A DNA stretch of 64,000 bases from positions 62,001 to 126,000 of IMG/VR virus record IMGVR_UViG_3300045961_000282; one strand, 5' to 3'. Under the pieces are notes generated by a model that did not search any database, had not been told where the DNA came from, and was given only the letters and a program-made list of their open reading frames with translations. Positions 55,001 through 61,434 of the stretch are shown piece after piece (the first letter of the stretch is position 1; each line of letters begins with the position of its first letter). The position numbers and the translations under genes are program-made.

Positions 55001-57938
55001 CGCCCGTGCGGTCGATGCCGTAGAACCGGCGCATCGTGTCCATCTTGTCGTTGCGCGGAACTCCCTCGCCCCGACCGCGCAGGTTCTCGCCATGGAGCGC
55101 GCGGAACACCGGAAGGGTGTCGAGGATGCCGCCCTCAGGCATCCAATCCTGTCCGCCGGTCACACCCAAGTCGCGCAAGCGCTGCCGGATCGGCTCAAGG
55201 TCGACCCCCTCGGACTCCCCTGCGCGAGACGGGTTCATCACCGCGTCGATCATGTCGCGCAGCATCGAGGTGTCGAAGGCGGCGTTCTGCGCCACCACCA
55301 TGTCGGGCCCGATGAACTCGACCATCTCGGGCAGGACTTCCTGCCACGGGCGTTCCTGCGATGCCTCCTCGTCGGTGATGCCGTGAACCTGCTGAGCGAA
55401 CGGGTTGCTCGGCTTCCCGGGGTTCATCCTGAAGACGCGGCGATCGACCTCTTCGCCGTTCTCGAAGCGGATCAGCGCAGCGGAGACGGGGCGGTCTGGA
55501 AGGTCCATGCCCTCGGCGTCGGCCTGCATCCGCTCGCCCGCAAGGCCAGTGGTCTCCAAGTCGAAGCCGACCAAGGATCCATTGTTGATCCGGTCACGCA
55601 GCGCTTCGAGCGAAACAGTCCCATCCTCGTTCTGAATGCCAGCGGCCCGTCCCTGCAGGGCGGGGAACGTGCGGCCGGGCAGGAAGGGCTCCTTCAACTT
55701 GCCACGGACGAACTGCTTGCTCGGCAGCCGCTCGCTGGCCCGCTTGCCAAGGATGCGGGCAGTCTCCACCAAACCCGCAGCGGCGTCGCTGACGTCAACC
55801 GCGAGCCTGCTGTCGTCGCCACCCGACAACCGACGGCGCAGGGCGGCCCGCTGCACGGCGGTGGCCGCGTTGGCAACATCCTTGGCCCACTTGCCGAGAT
55901 CGCTCTCGCGCGCCTCGCTGTCGGCGTCGACTGCGCGCAGGGCGGCCACGGCGTCGGCTGCGTCGGGGTTGTCGGCCACGAACCCGTCGAGCAGCCCGTC
56001 GAGGTTGTCGTAGGCCATGTCGAAGTTGCGCCGCGCCGGGGCGGTGATGTTCTCTAGCCGCTTGTGCATGTCGCGGCTGTCGCGCGCGAACGTCTCCACC
56101 ATGCCTGCGCGCTCTTGAACGCCTGCCGCAACGTCGCGGCGGGCACGATCCTCAGCGGAAACTAGCGCACTGGGCTGCCCGTCGATCTCCGCGATGCGCC
56201 GCTCGGCGGCCTTGCGGGCCCGGTTTGCGGCCAGAGCGGCGCGGTCGAAGACCGTGCTGCGCATCGCCAGCGGCTCGATCTCACCGGACTCGATGTTGCG
56301 CGCCATTGCCTCAAGGGCATTGACATCCTCGGGGCCCAGCGCGTCGACAGTGTCCGGGTCGGTGATCAGCGCCCGGGCGTCGGCGACAGCGTCGTCCGAA
56401 CCATACGGCGAGGTCTCGGGGGCGGCCTCCGGCTCCGACTCGGGAATCTCCGCGACGACCTCGGGCTCGGGGGCTACTTCACCGGCATCCCCGACGCCCT
56501 CAGCGCCTCGGTCACCCTCTGCAGAAACTGCTCCTTCGTCTCCCCCGGGTTCGGCTTCATCAGCACCGGCTGGGGCTGCGCCTTCGGGGCCTTCTCCTCG
56601 TCCACCTTCTTCTCCCTCTGGTTGTGGCTCGGGGGCCGCCGGGGCCTCGGCTTCGGGGGCTTCCTGCGGCTCGGTCGTGGCCCGCTGCTCCGGGCGCGTG
56701 AATGCCCGGATCGTATCCTCGCGGCCACCTGATCCGGCGGCCACGCCGATCTCGTCGATGCGCTCCTGAATGTCCGCAGGCTGGTCCTCGCGGGCGTCGC
56801 GCAGAGCGCGGCGCAGGTTCTCGCGGCGGTCGTCGCCGGGGTCGTTGAGCAGGCCGACGATGGCGTCAGCGACCTTGTTGCGCTGGTCGAAGTCGGGATC
56901 AACGGGGGCGAGGCTGCGGAACAGATCCACCGCCTGTTGCGCCAGCGCGTCATCCCCTTCCTCGGTGGGGATGTCCATCCGGTCGGCGACCTCGCGCAAC
57001 TGGCGGCCGAGGTCGCGGCCCTGCGCGAAGGCGAAGTTCCCGCGCTCGAAGTCATCGGCGATGCGTCGCAGGTTGTCGGCCGCGAACGGATCGACGATCC
57101 CGTCCGCGTTCCTCGCGATGGCCTTGTCGGCGATCTGCAGTGCCCGGGCGAAGCGGTCCTTCTGTCCTGCCGGGGCCATCCGCTGGCGCCGCTTGGCGCC
57201 CTCCATCAGGCGGTTGAGTTCCCGCACCTGCTGCTGCCCGAGCGGCTCGCCGCGCGCGCCCGATCCGTCCCATTTCTCGTAGTCCCCGCCGATCAGGTCC
57301 TCGGGGTCGTTCTCGCCGAGGGCCTCGGCATCATTCGGGTTGTCCGGCAGTTGGGCCCGCCCGCCCGCCTTGGTCCCGGGGTCGGAAACGATCTCCAACT
57401 GGTCCGGGGACAGGCGCACAAACCGCGTCTCGCCGGGCTGCAGGTCATCGGGAACCCCGATTCCCATGCTCTCGATGTCGTCGTTGGTCGGATCACCGCC
57501 GCGCCCGAGATCATTTACTCGGGTGCTGATTTCAACAACAACGTCTTCATTGTTGTTCAATGCGCCCGCAATTCGCCCGTAGGCAACCGCGTCGCGACCA
57601 TCGGGGCGCTTGAAGACGGAGACGATCTGGAACGTCGCCTCTTCCTCGCCGTTCTCGTTGCGCACCCAGTTGGGCTGCTTGCGCCGCCGCGGGCCGATGT
57701 ACTTGAGGAACCGGCCCTTGCGGTCACGCAGCCAGTAGATCTCCTTGAAGTCCGCAATCAGCGCAAGGACCGCGCCGGGCAACGCCCCGCGGCCGACGAA
57801 CTGGGAATCCGTCCCGTAGAAATCGAGGATGTCGAACTCGGTCGCCAGCGGCGGCAGGCCGATCTCCTTCCGTGCCGCGTTGGTGCTTGCGACCATCGAA
57901 TCGAAGCCGAAAACCGGCGAGCGGTCGTCAGAGTGCAC
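46008..57938 (-). CDS. Giant polyvalent head-associated protein (DEDDh 3'-5' exonuclease, wHTH pair, SH3-like, two GNAT-like domains)
   Basis: 3976 aa open frame, GTG start after AGGAG. FDLETTG...HGIT...VAQNAAFD...LDTL...HHADTD (DnaQ-like, ~54950-55590); VQNTGLAG...HANISVGGYAWATAGF (GNAT-like, ~46230-46680). Confidence 0.85.
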   Translation of the reverse strand: MHSDDRSPVFGFDSMVASTNAARKEIGLPPLATEFDILDFYGTDSQFVGRGALPGAVLALIADFKEIYWLRDRKGRFLKYIGPRRRKQPNWVRNENGEEEATFQIVSVFKRPDGRDAVAYGRIAGALNNNEDVVVEISTRVNDLGRGGDPTNDDIESMGIGVPDDLQPGETRFVRLSPDQLEIVSDPGTKAGGRAQLPDNPNDAEALGENDPEDLIGGDYEKWDGSGARGEPLGQQQVRELNRLMEGAKRRQRMAPAGQKDRFARALQIADKAIARNADGIVDPFAADNLRRIADDFERGNFAFAQGRDLGRQLREVADRMDIPTEEGDDALAQQAVDLFRSLAPVDPDFDQRNKVADAIVGLLNDPGDDRRENLRRALRDAREDQPADIQERIDEIGVAAGSGGREDTIRAFTRPEQRATTEPQEAPEAEAPAAPEPQPEGEEGGRGEGPEGAAPAGADEAEPGGDEGAVSAEGDRGAEGVGDAGEVAPEPEVVAEIPESEPEAAPETSPYGSDDAVADARALITDPDTVDALGPEDVNALEAMARNIESGEIEPLAMRSTVFDRAALAANRARKAAERRIAEIDGQPSALVSAEDRARRDVAAGVQERAGMVETFARDSRDMHKRLENITAPARRNFDMAYDNLDGLLDGFVADNPDAADAVAALRAVDADSEARESDLGKWAKDVANAATAVQRAALRRRLSGGDDSRLAVDVSDAAAGLVETARILGKRASERLPSKQFVRGKLKEPFLPGRTFPALQGRAAGIQNEDGTVSLEALRDRINNGSLVGFDLETTGLAGERMQADAEGMDLPDRPVSAALIRFENGEEVDRRVFRMNPGKPSNPFAQQVHGITDEEASQERPWQEVLPEMVEFIGPDMVVAQNAAFDTSMLRDMIDAVMNPSRAGESEGVDLEPIRQRLRDLGVTGGQDWMPEGGILDTLPVFRALHGENLRGRGEGVPRNDKMDTMRRFYGIDRTGEHHADTDVEDMVAILKAAVDGGIERGVEPFDLEAQRAKQEETDRKFRQRLDRHRRHLRVNADEDMVPNDAVEHVIRAFDERQGVAFDPAEGAFPESGIAVARGNERRFQFAEFQRANAATFIDDNWEELSGENGAHVAFVVDPDTGEVVADIVDVYDTPEAAEAAARERGARRTLDLATFESTDLEEVDEEAPEGVRAEIPEEEPRAEIPEAPEEQRPVQGMTGNYRTPDGEEISGWLETQRTPDGEITTVYPYRGAESGRTFRVVRRDGRIVSHEEVTAGEAPEAEARPAPGRRYFEVPLGWSSQWPGTELSPGDRIEVEYDADGNLVDIAGAPEGLSNEELQALEESGLEVLPDLAAEGAMGAWQGLSQGDLMEQLIDIDDAANGVGLIGDAINAFPDELTHDYLRERMRRISDFLALADAGSGDDTIRNIRAAVGTIDSMMSRLDDIEDDDFAAWRGLRNHMGPLRTELADFLRQHDADFDAEEDDARGAWLNTEFDAEADDLNQMALFNVEDAVEAEPEVAARPEVQAARDAINSVVSDDGSIRPDADSHSLSDAANAVDDGAIAAQDSDNVAGALDDAADTLEEAADIAAAREQAEQNGPPRVPLGENPAVGRNPNDNFDFAEDAEYLAETKRQIEERSGGATSRLDDARGRYSEALANGDEDAAAQALADMQQALSDWAAEAEALGEVNAARKARAQSRRIGSMLRKAGYPRTRIDRRNQPKARERRRLAAERRAARQYRAERRAAARDWQRQINRDRRDLQRERRRRERTGAQQAPAAEVAPIEDEDPINLRAEGAISDAVDQWDSLTQRQRNALVRNLMDEHDGNVDEFLNDLAGSDSAEYADALLGEGPRGAVSATPEASTPEPTRESVAQVAREAGMDESTTRHVETALSEADAAEAVRNDPATNAALEANAQGQDADPAALDAYAQAMQMADAGDEPDAAPTVTPQEAQVSAERATDSAGWRQQPYADQLSGITEALSGARPNVQRYWQELVDSIGDLSEPLGTRRANRGRANRLLFASRHFTQEANGAFSAADRVSLLEASARADALLNRYLDDYPQVSLENYTREQADATSEWIESGNRILQTPEGDPDGYWYMDDYMDEADYSSSVDSLQSVADRLNGLAGDPRFLTSQQVQAAINVAQRDLNRLLRGDLGPATNFDREAVLERVINRLNRAASRSGDNADLAQLRDELLDIRHRAHGRSLSDTSWDMDDEAISGSIAALIRYMGRGSEAGSALIFAKKAFGDALNAEPGSAKRWAALMRARNALDLVHATELRGLMNAARVRVNPDRLRNLDDPTFRLADDNLAPSRPTARGASWTDAEIASISDEVTRQRALVAELGEGQEADARRKAANSFALARRAYRAGQFGEFEAFYSLGLSRLSQAGDADAVRRMMALRDSHWGDNDWAAAAADTRSRVANIMGGLPTNMSVSPRDPAKATAHRHRQNARATLAAALQLPDGSAEQRIMFDAALWRLRQAGDARDAELRDALAVWDPNGDVRDAMPDRRDPNDGVPGLPVSAPGSAEIARAQQFAAALRDYLAVTPEFVATYGNMNMARAQGMLDRLVDAGVLSRIDIGDSMARYGYGAGAANLTDAEIADQIVRAYAQSESVGLDIASVDSNVAQAVDALVGQNGVVNWDLTEIRGMFPQWSDDEVQRVLRVLERAGVLHEMDPESIEDLRNSGADIRPGERLWENPAVDGAISDADIVRMVREELSRGQAPQDRPTPEEPPAPEPEAAPEAPEAPEAPEEPTAPEAPEAPEPEAPEAQPQVDYSDLISEATGILEAQGVPADLRRMGQRAVDALRNGDGATARNILTDVIDSLAYGDYRRSVAVGLRDRIDSRMRVGSNQPQPEATVPESTTPEAPPVDFTEKADQIDELAQSVFADTADADVSTVLQSAATALRDGDAATARDQLERASAALLNNAGLGSSFEGYDPDRADAVNLAYASIRDAMGGIGEVQQPSGYSATSRRNSAKAAIDQAAASDGVSEAERSALQVASRAIDGGDLVGANGILRNLMVARRERGQTVPPGLVAANSSLMQIAINRYGDDLTGVMESVDPDAARAYRTGISAANGLSSPTMLYAARHEVNMQALAVVERIALDPATPMQQRREALFAMRTLQDEMDVERVRQAQVNALVDSDGQLVRRPTSGTDGVVTDGGGNGLVVGDTVRMGYGSSAQSAVVLGTEPEPGTNAAASWGYVTVRDLRTGEVRRERGYDLSLAQSSPLVADPVRYFGTSGINASFSPADSDALRSRHGAGEAARIMHIGQSAPSIANLADSSVPDAVREQLFADLLSNPEFRGIQSIDSIELTPTGGRIAVTLQPRGRAENGGKFTLQIDRSGDLPPTVRVGIDPGTSQSVRLAQQEALKAAERHAIANGATSLQIVDAPPSARLTAANSGFDWDVIAMGGFDSTKDIVRAMLARAARDSGDDEAAQAIIADMVRDLEDATDLEGLPTPFEIASLASVNRTNLGAAALRSRSWVPVRELNGPSVMSRRAEQIKKREIQQLVAQFNPLGHDFERAGAATRLDDMTADNSTRALRAVAEATQISDRPGAPALAMVVTSSPIRDRNGNINYEFREFVSEADQSKPLGETGFSIGNYNQLRELQKALSSYAGDGSSSFDFSLMRSYARGATILDSDGNVASIEDLWNAVGQNVKKLSDAFGSARKAYGEKALAELHQVGSSGLQLTAPQILEASRWIVDMDAASTSDIADALRRAKVGDDAISQALNADSPSELAQAIERQRENVLRDMPRVGNGYVTVQNTSIYAAYMIMDNDVQNTGLAGQLVKQTSDWSILNGIKHYDVHANISVGGYAWATAGFGWKSDPLGQARYLMSSIQRHLRTDKDRADFAAIQERMQNTSPSDENFPTPFELSQIGYDPADESGQPWAGKKGMLGNSWQGRKNLRRDRLYTLVENYYTEKMMRRMERMRRKAEAQRGGSGPAAPAAPAPQVPEGEVPEGAVPEAGAPAGGGASGGVV
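56474..56605 (-). CDS. Nested 43-aa gene in the +1 frame of the giant gene
   Basis: AGGGAG-N6-GTG start; MDEEKAPKAQPQPVLMKPNPGETKEQFLQRVTEALRASGMPVK then TAG. Host-frame codons become A/T-ending over exactly this interval. Confidence 0.65.
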   Translation of the reverse strand: MDEEKAPKAQPQPVLMKPNPGETKEQFLQRVTEALRASGMPVK

Positions 57939-58473
57939 CAGACTCTCCTGTCGTACCGTTGCTGTTCGTCATGCCGTCACGCTGTGCTTCACAGATGTTT
58001 GAGAGTAATGCGTCGAACTGATCCGCCGAAGGCATTTCCGCGATCCCCTGCTCGGCGTCAAAGCGACGCACCATCGAATCCGCCCACCGCTTGCCCGGGT
58101 CGCCGCCCCAAAGCAGCCACGCCACGTAGCCCGGGGTCTCCGAGCCCTTCTTGGCCCAGTCGGGTTTGCGGTCCACCGCGTGCCGGGCGAAGTACGCATG
58201 CATCTTCCGTATGGTTTCCCGACTACATGACTGCCCCGCAGCCAACTGCTTGCCGCGCGCCCGGCCGACGTCGGTCAGGTTCTTTCCGCCGCGGCCCTCC
58301 TTGAGCAGGTCGAGGCCGCGCTGCGCAGCCTTCTGCACGTCCTTCGGCGGGGCGTAGGTGTCGCTGGCCGCCGCCGTGATGGGCGCTACGGCTGCCAGTG
58401 GGGCGCCGATCTTGGCCATCATCCGCCGCCGCAGGTCGTCGCTGCCGATCTGGTAGCCGGTCTGGCTGGTCAT
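57928..58473 (-). CDS. Head-associated protein (WLLWGGDPGxxWA family)
   Basis: ATGA-coupled to the portal. PPKDVQKAAQRGL...VGRARGKQLA...TIRKMHAYFARH...VAWLLWGGDPGKRWA. Confidence 0.75.
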   Translation of the reverse strand: MTSQTGYQIGSDDLRRRMMAKIGAPLAAVAPITAAASDTYAPPKDVQKAAQRGLDLLKEGRGGKNLTDVGRARGKQLAAGQSCSRETIRKMHAYFARHAVDRKPDWAKKGSETPGYVAWLLWGGDPGKRWADSMVRRFDAEQGIAEMPSADQFDALLSNICEAQRDGMTNSNGTTGESGAL

Positions 58474-60215
58474 CGAACCCTCCGCAAACCATACTCATCG
58501 GGCATCGGGATCGATGTGTCCGTCGGGATCCTCTTGCGCAGTTGCTCCGGCTGCTGCGGTGGCGCCTCTTCCTCAGGAACCTCCTCCGGCTCCGGCGCGG
58601 CGGGGCCCTGCCCAACCTCCGGCAGCGGCAGGCCCTCAAGGACTTCCGGTGGCAGCGGGGCGGCCCCTTCGCCCGGGGCGGGCATCTGGCCGGTCTCCAG
58701 CAGGCTCTGCAGGTTCTCCGGCATCGGCGTCTTGGCCCCGGCGATGTTCTGCTCGCGTACCTCGCCCAGCAGGTCGGGGGCGATCCGCTGGTAGACCGAC
58801 TCGGCGAACTCGCCTGCGATCTGTCCGCGGCTGACGGTGATGCGCTTGATCAACTCATCGCCGCTGGGGGCGTCGGTCTCGGCAAAGCCGTGCGCCGAGC
58901 GCCACGCGCTGCCGGACAACAGGTAGCGATCCCATCCATCGGAGGCGCTCTGTGCCCGGTCGGCCGAGGTGAGGATGTCCGACGGGTCGTACCAGACGAC
59001 GATCTTCTCGGCAATGTCCGGGTCAACGCCCTTGGCAATCAGGGCGGGCCGCATGAACATTGCAGTCAGGGCGTCGCAGAGCAGCAACGTCATGGGCTCG
59101 ATGTGCCCGCGGTACATGGTCTGGTTGATCTGCACCGCGTTGCTGTACTTGACGTTGGCCAAGCCGGTCACGACGTCCTTGGGCACATCGACGCCCTGCA
59201 GGATCCGCTCCAGAACCCGGTCGGCGCGCTCAGCCAGCGCAGCATCGAAGGACCGCTCGAAACTGAAGTGCCTGATCTGGGAACCCAACTCACCGGGGCC
59301 GCGGATGAGCAGCGGAACCACGGCGCTGGCCGATTCCTCGTCGGCGATGGGAGTCGTCATCGCGGCCATCAGTTCGGCTTCGAAGGAGTCGGCATCCTCC
59401 TCGAAGGAGCCGTCCTCGTTGACCACATCCGGCGCGGCGGCGACACTCAGGCCGTCTGGGACGAACAGTGCGCCCGCGTTGAGCCGCGATTTCGCCGTGG
59501 CCCGCACGGTGCGGTTGAGCAGCAGCAGTTCCTCACACAGTTGCAGCAGGGCCCGCATCGAGGAGTCGGCCTCGTCGTGGAACCGCGCGTGGGGCCGCCA
59601 GATCCGTCCCACGAACGCGCTGGACTCCAGCGGCTTGATTCCTTGGGTGCCCATCGAGCGAGCGGTCTGGACCGAGATCTTCCCGTTGTTGTCGACCTGC
59701 ACCTCGTCGATCGACCGGATCGTCCACTTCTCTGGAACCGTTCCATCAATGGAGGGCAACTGCTGGACCAGATAGCACTCGCCTGCGACCGAGAGGTTGA
59801 TGGAGGCGTCGGCGATCATCCCGGGGATGCCGCCGTGGCAGGACTGCAGTCGGTTGAGTTGGTTGTGCGCGAGGGCGACGACGTCCTCGTCGAGCGCAGG
59901 TACGTCCGACAGCGTCGACGGGGGATCGGAGGGCTCAGCGACGTAGGCGACATGAAGCCGCATTCGCGACATCAGGGCCGCGACCAGCATGAAGGCGTAC
60001 TTGATCTCCCCGATGCTGTCGTAATACTCCCACGCCTCGGACTGCCACGCCGACGTGGCGCCCTTGCGCTTCTTCAACTGCTCCAGTTCGCCGCGATCGG
60101 TGATCTTCATCCGCGCGGCGGCGGCGACCAACGGGCGGGGGGCGTTGAAGGGCAATGCCTCGGCGCGCTCGACCCCGGCGGGCAGGGGCTCGGGGGCCCT
60201 GCTGAAGACGCCCAT
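58470..60215 (-). CDS. Portal protein
   Basis: TGATG-coupled MGVFSRA. AWQSEAWEYYDSIGEIKYA, NLSVAGECYL, RIWRPH.R...EADS, SRLNAG and SASAVVP motifs of actinophage portals. Confidence 0.9.
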   Translation of the reverse strand: MGVFSRAPEPLPAGVERAEALPFNAPRPLVAAAARMKITDRGELEQLKKRKGATSAWQSEAWEYYDSIGEIKYAFMLVAALMSRMRLHVAYVAEPSDPPSTLSDVPALDEDVVALAHNQLNRLQSCHGGIPGMIADASINLSVAGECYLVQQLPSIDGTVPEKWTIRSIDEVQVDNNGKISVQTARSMGTQGIKPLESSAFVGRIWRPHARFHDEADSSMRALLQLCEELLLLNRTVRATAKSRLNAGALFVPDGLSVAAAPDVVNEDGSFEEDADSFEAELMAAMTTPIADEESASAVVPLLIRGPGELGSQIRHFSFERSFDAALAERADRVLERILQGVDVPKDVVTGLANVKYSNAVQINQTMYRGHIEPMTLLLCDALTAMFMRPALIAKGVDPDIAEKIVVWYDPSDILTSADRAQSASDGWDRYLLSGSAWRSAHGFAETDAPSGDELIKRITVSRGQIAGEFAESVYQRIAPDLLGEVREQNIAGAKTPMPENLQSLLETGQMPAPGEGAAPLPPEVLEGLPLPEVGQGPAAPEPEEVPEEEAPPQQPEQLRKRIPTDTSIPMPDEYGLRRVR

Positions 60216-60517
60216 CAGAGCCTCGTCGAGATCATGCCGGTCACTGCTGAGGCTGTGAGCATTCGTGCCACCGGCTCCCATGTCGTTGGCGAGACCCGCC
60301 GGGCGACGACGACGGCCGCTCCGGCCCAGATGCTCACGCACCACGGGCAGGTGAACAGGTATCCGATCTTGCTGTCGGCAGGATCGTGCCTGTCCCACAC
60401 CCAGTCGCGCACGGGTGCAGCGATCTCGTCCTCGATCAGAAGGCGGGTCAGTCGATATGTCGCTAAGGCGTCCACGACCAACGCAAGGCCGCTGCCACCA
60501 GAGTTGAGGGTACCCAC
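60215..60517 (-). CDS. DUF1360-like membrane protein
   Basis: LATYRLTRLL.ED.I..PVR...YLFTCPWCVSIW. Confidence 0.75.
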   Translation of the reverse strand: MGTLNSGGSGLALVVDALATYRLTRLLIEDEIAAPVRDWVWDRHDPADSKIGYLFTCPWCVSIWAGAAVVVARRVSPTTWEPVARMLTASAVTGMISTRL

Positions 60518-60545
60518 GAATCGATTCCTCTACCGTCGGTTTTGC

Positions 60546-60764
60546 TCAGGAGTGGCGGGACTCGTTGGCACCGATGGCGCGCATGTTCTGCCACGTGATG
60601 ATCGTGGAGAGGTACCACCTCGGCCGGTCGGCCAGCATCACGTCGGGCTCAGGCAGGTAGCCGCGCTTTCGGTAGTTGCGCAGGGTCGCCTCGCCGACGC
60701 CGGTCCGCGCCGAGATGTCCTTGTAGCCGAGCAGGGGATCGTCGGGTCCGCCCTTGGTGAGCAT
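60546..60764 (-). CDS. Small HTH DNA-binding protein (AlpA/excisionase-like)
   Basis: LLGYKDISARTGVGEATLRNYRKRGYLPEPD....RPRW; GGAGG RBS. Confidence 0.8.
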   Translation of the reverse strand: MLTKGGPDDPLLGYKDISARTGVGEATLRNYRKRGYLPEPDVMLADRPRWYLSTIITWQNMRAIGANESRHS

Positions 60765-60861
60765 GGTTCCTCCGCATTGTGGTTCGTGCCGCGCTGTGTG
60801 GCAGCGTAACCATACGAAGGAGGGGCGTCAGGGAAATCTGTATTTGACGGTCATTTGATTC

Positions 60862-60937
60862 TGGTACGGGCGGCGGGATTCGAACCCGCACTGCATCGGT
60901 TTTGAGCCGATTGTCTCTGCCGTTGGACTACGCCCGC
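60862..60937 (-). tRNA. tRNA-Leu(CAA) with a short variable loop and encoded CCA
   Basis: Acceptor GCGGGCG/CGCCCGT+ACCA, anticodon arm ATCGG-CTCAAAA-CCGAT, 5-nt variable loop, T arm GCGGG-TTCGAAT-CCCGC; 76 nt. Confidence 0.92.
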
Positions 60938-61171
60938 CTATTCAGTTTCCAGCAACAGGCACGCAGGCCATGACCCATAAGTCCGCTGCGGCCCACCGAA
61001 GTTGCCCGGCTCGACACACTGGGCAGAGATGCCGACTCGCTGGTAGAAGACGCACTCTCCGCAGGTCGCCTCAGTCGGGCACCGCTTGCGCAGCAACCAC
61101 GCCTTGGATGCCGGATGGATCCCCAGTCTCAGGAGTGCGCGATCGCTTCCGCCCGCCACACGTCCTTCCAC
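60938..61171 (-). CDS. Small Cys-rich hypothetical protein
   Basis: GIHP...TCGEC...C...WPAC; its stop abuts the tRNA. Confidence 0.55.
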   Translation of the reverse strand: MEGRVAGGSDRALLRLGIHPASKAWLLRKRCPTEATCGECVFYQRVGISAQCVEPGNFGGPQRTYGSWPACLLLETE

Positions 61172-61434
61172 AGCAACCCTCCATGGTCGGCATAGGCGGG
61201 GATGGAGTGCTTGAGCGCGGCGGACAAACCGGACTGCGCGACGCGCATCGCCTCGGGCATCGCCGCGACGCCGGATGCCTTGACGTTCGAGCAGCGGAAC
61301 AGGATCAGCCCGTCCTCGCGGCCCTCGACCTCAACTGCGAATTTCGGACCTTCGACGGCCATCTCGAACGCGACCTGTTCAGCGGTAACGGAATCAGGTG
61401 GGCGGACGAAGAGTTGGACGGTGAACTCAGGCAC
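61129..61434 (-). CDS. Hypothetical protein
   Basis: GTG start PEFTVQLFV overlaps the upstream stop and follows GGAG. Confidence 0.55.
   Translation of the reverse strand: MPEFTVQLFVRPPDSVTAEQVAFEMAVEGPKFAVEVEGREDGLILFRCSNVKASGVAAMPEAMRVAQSGLSAALKHSIPAYADHGGLLWKDVWRAEAIAHS

Noticed and set aside
60895-60910. Reading the tRNA as a TCA (Sec/opal suppressor) species, implying recoding
   Set aside because: The 7-nt loop CTCAAAA centres on CAA, and TGA is used as a normal coupled stop throughout the window.
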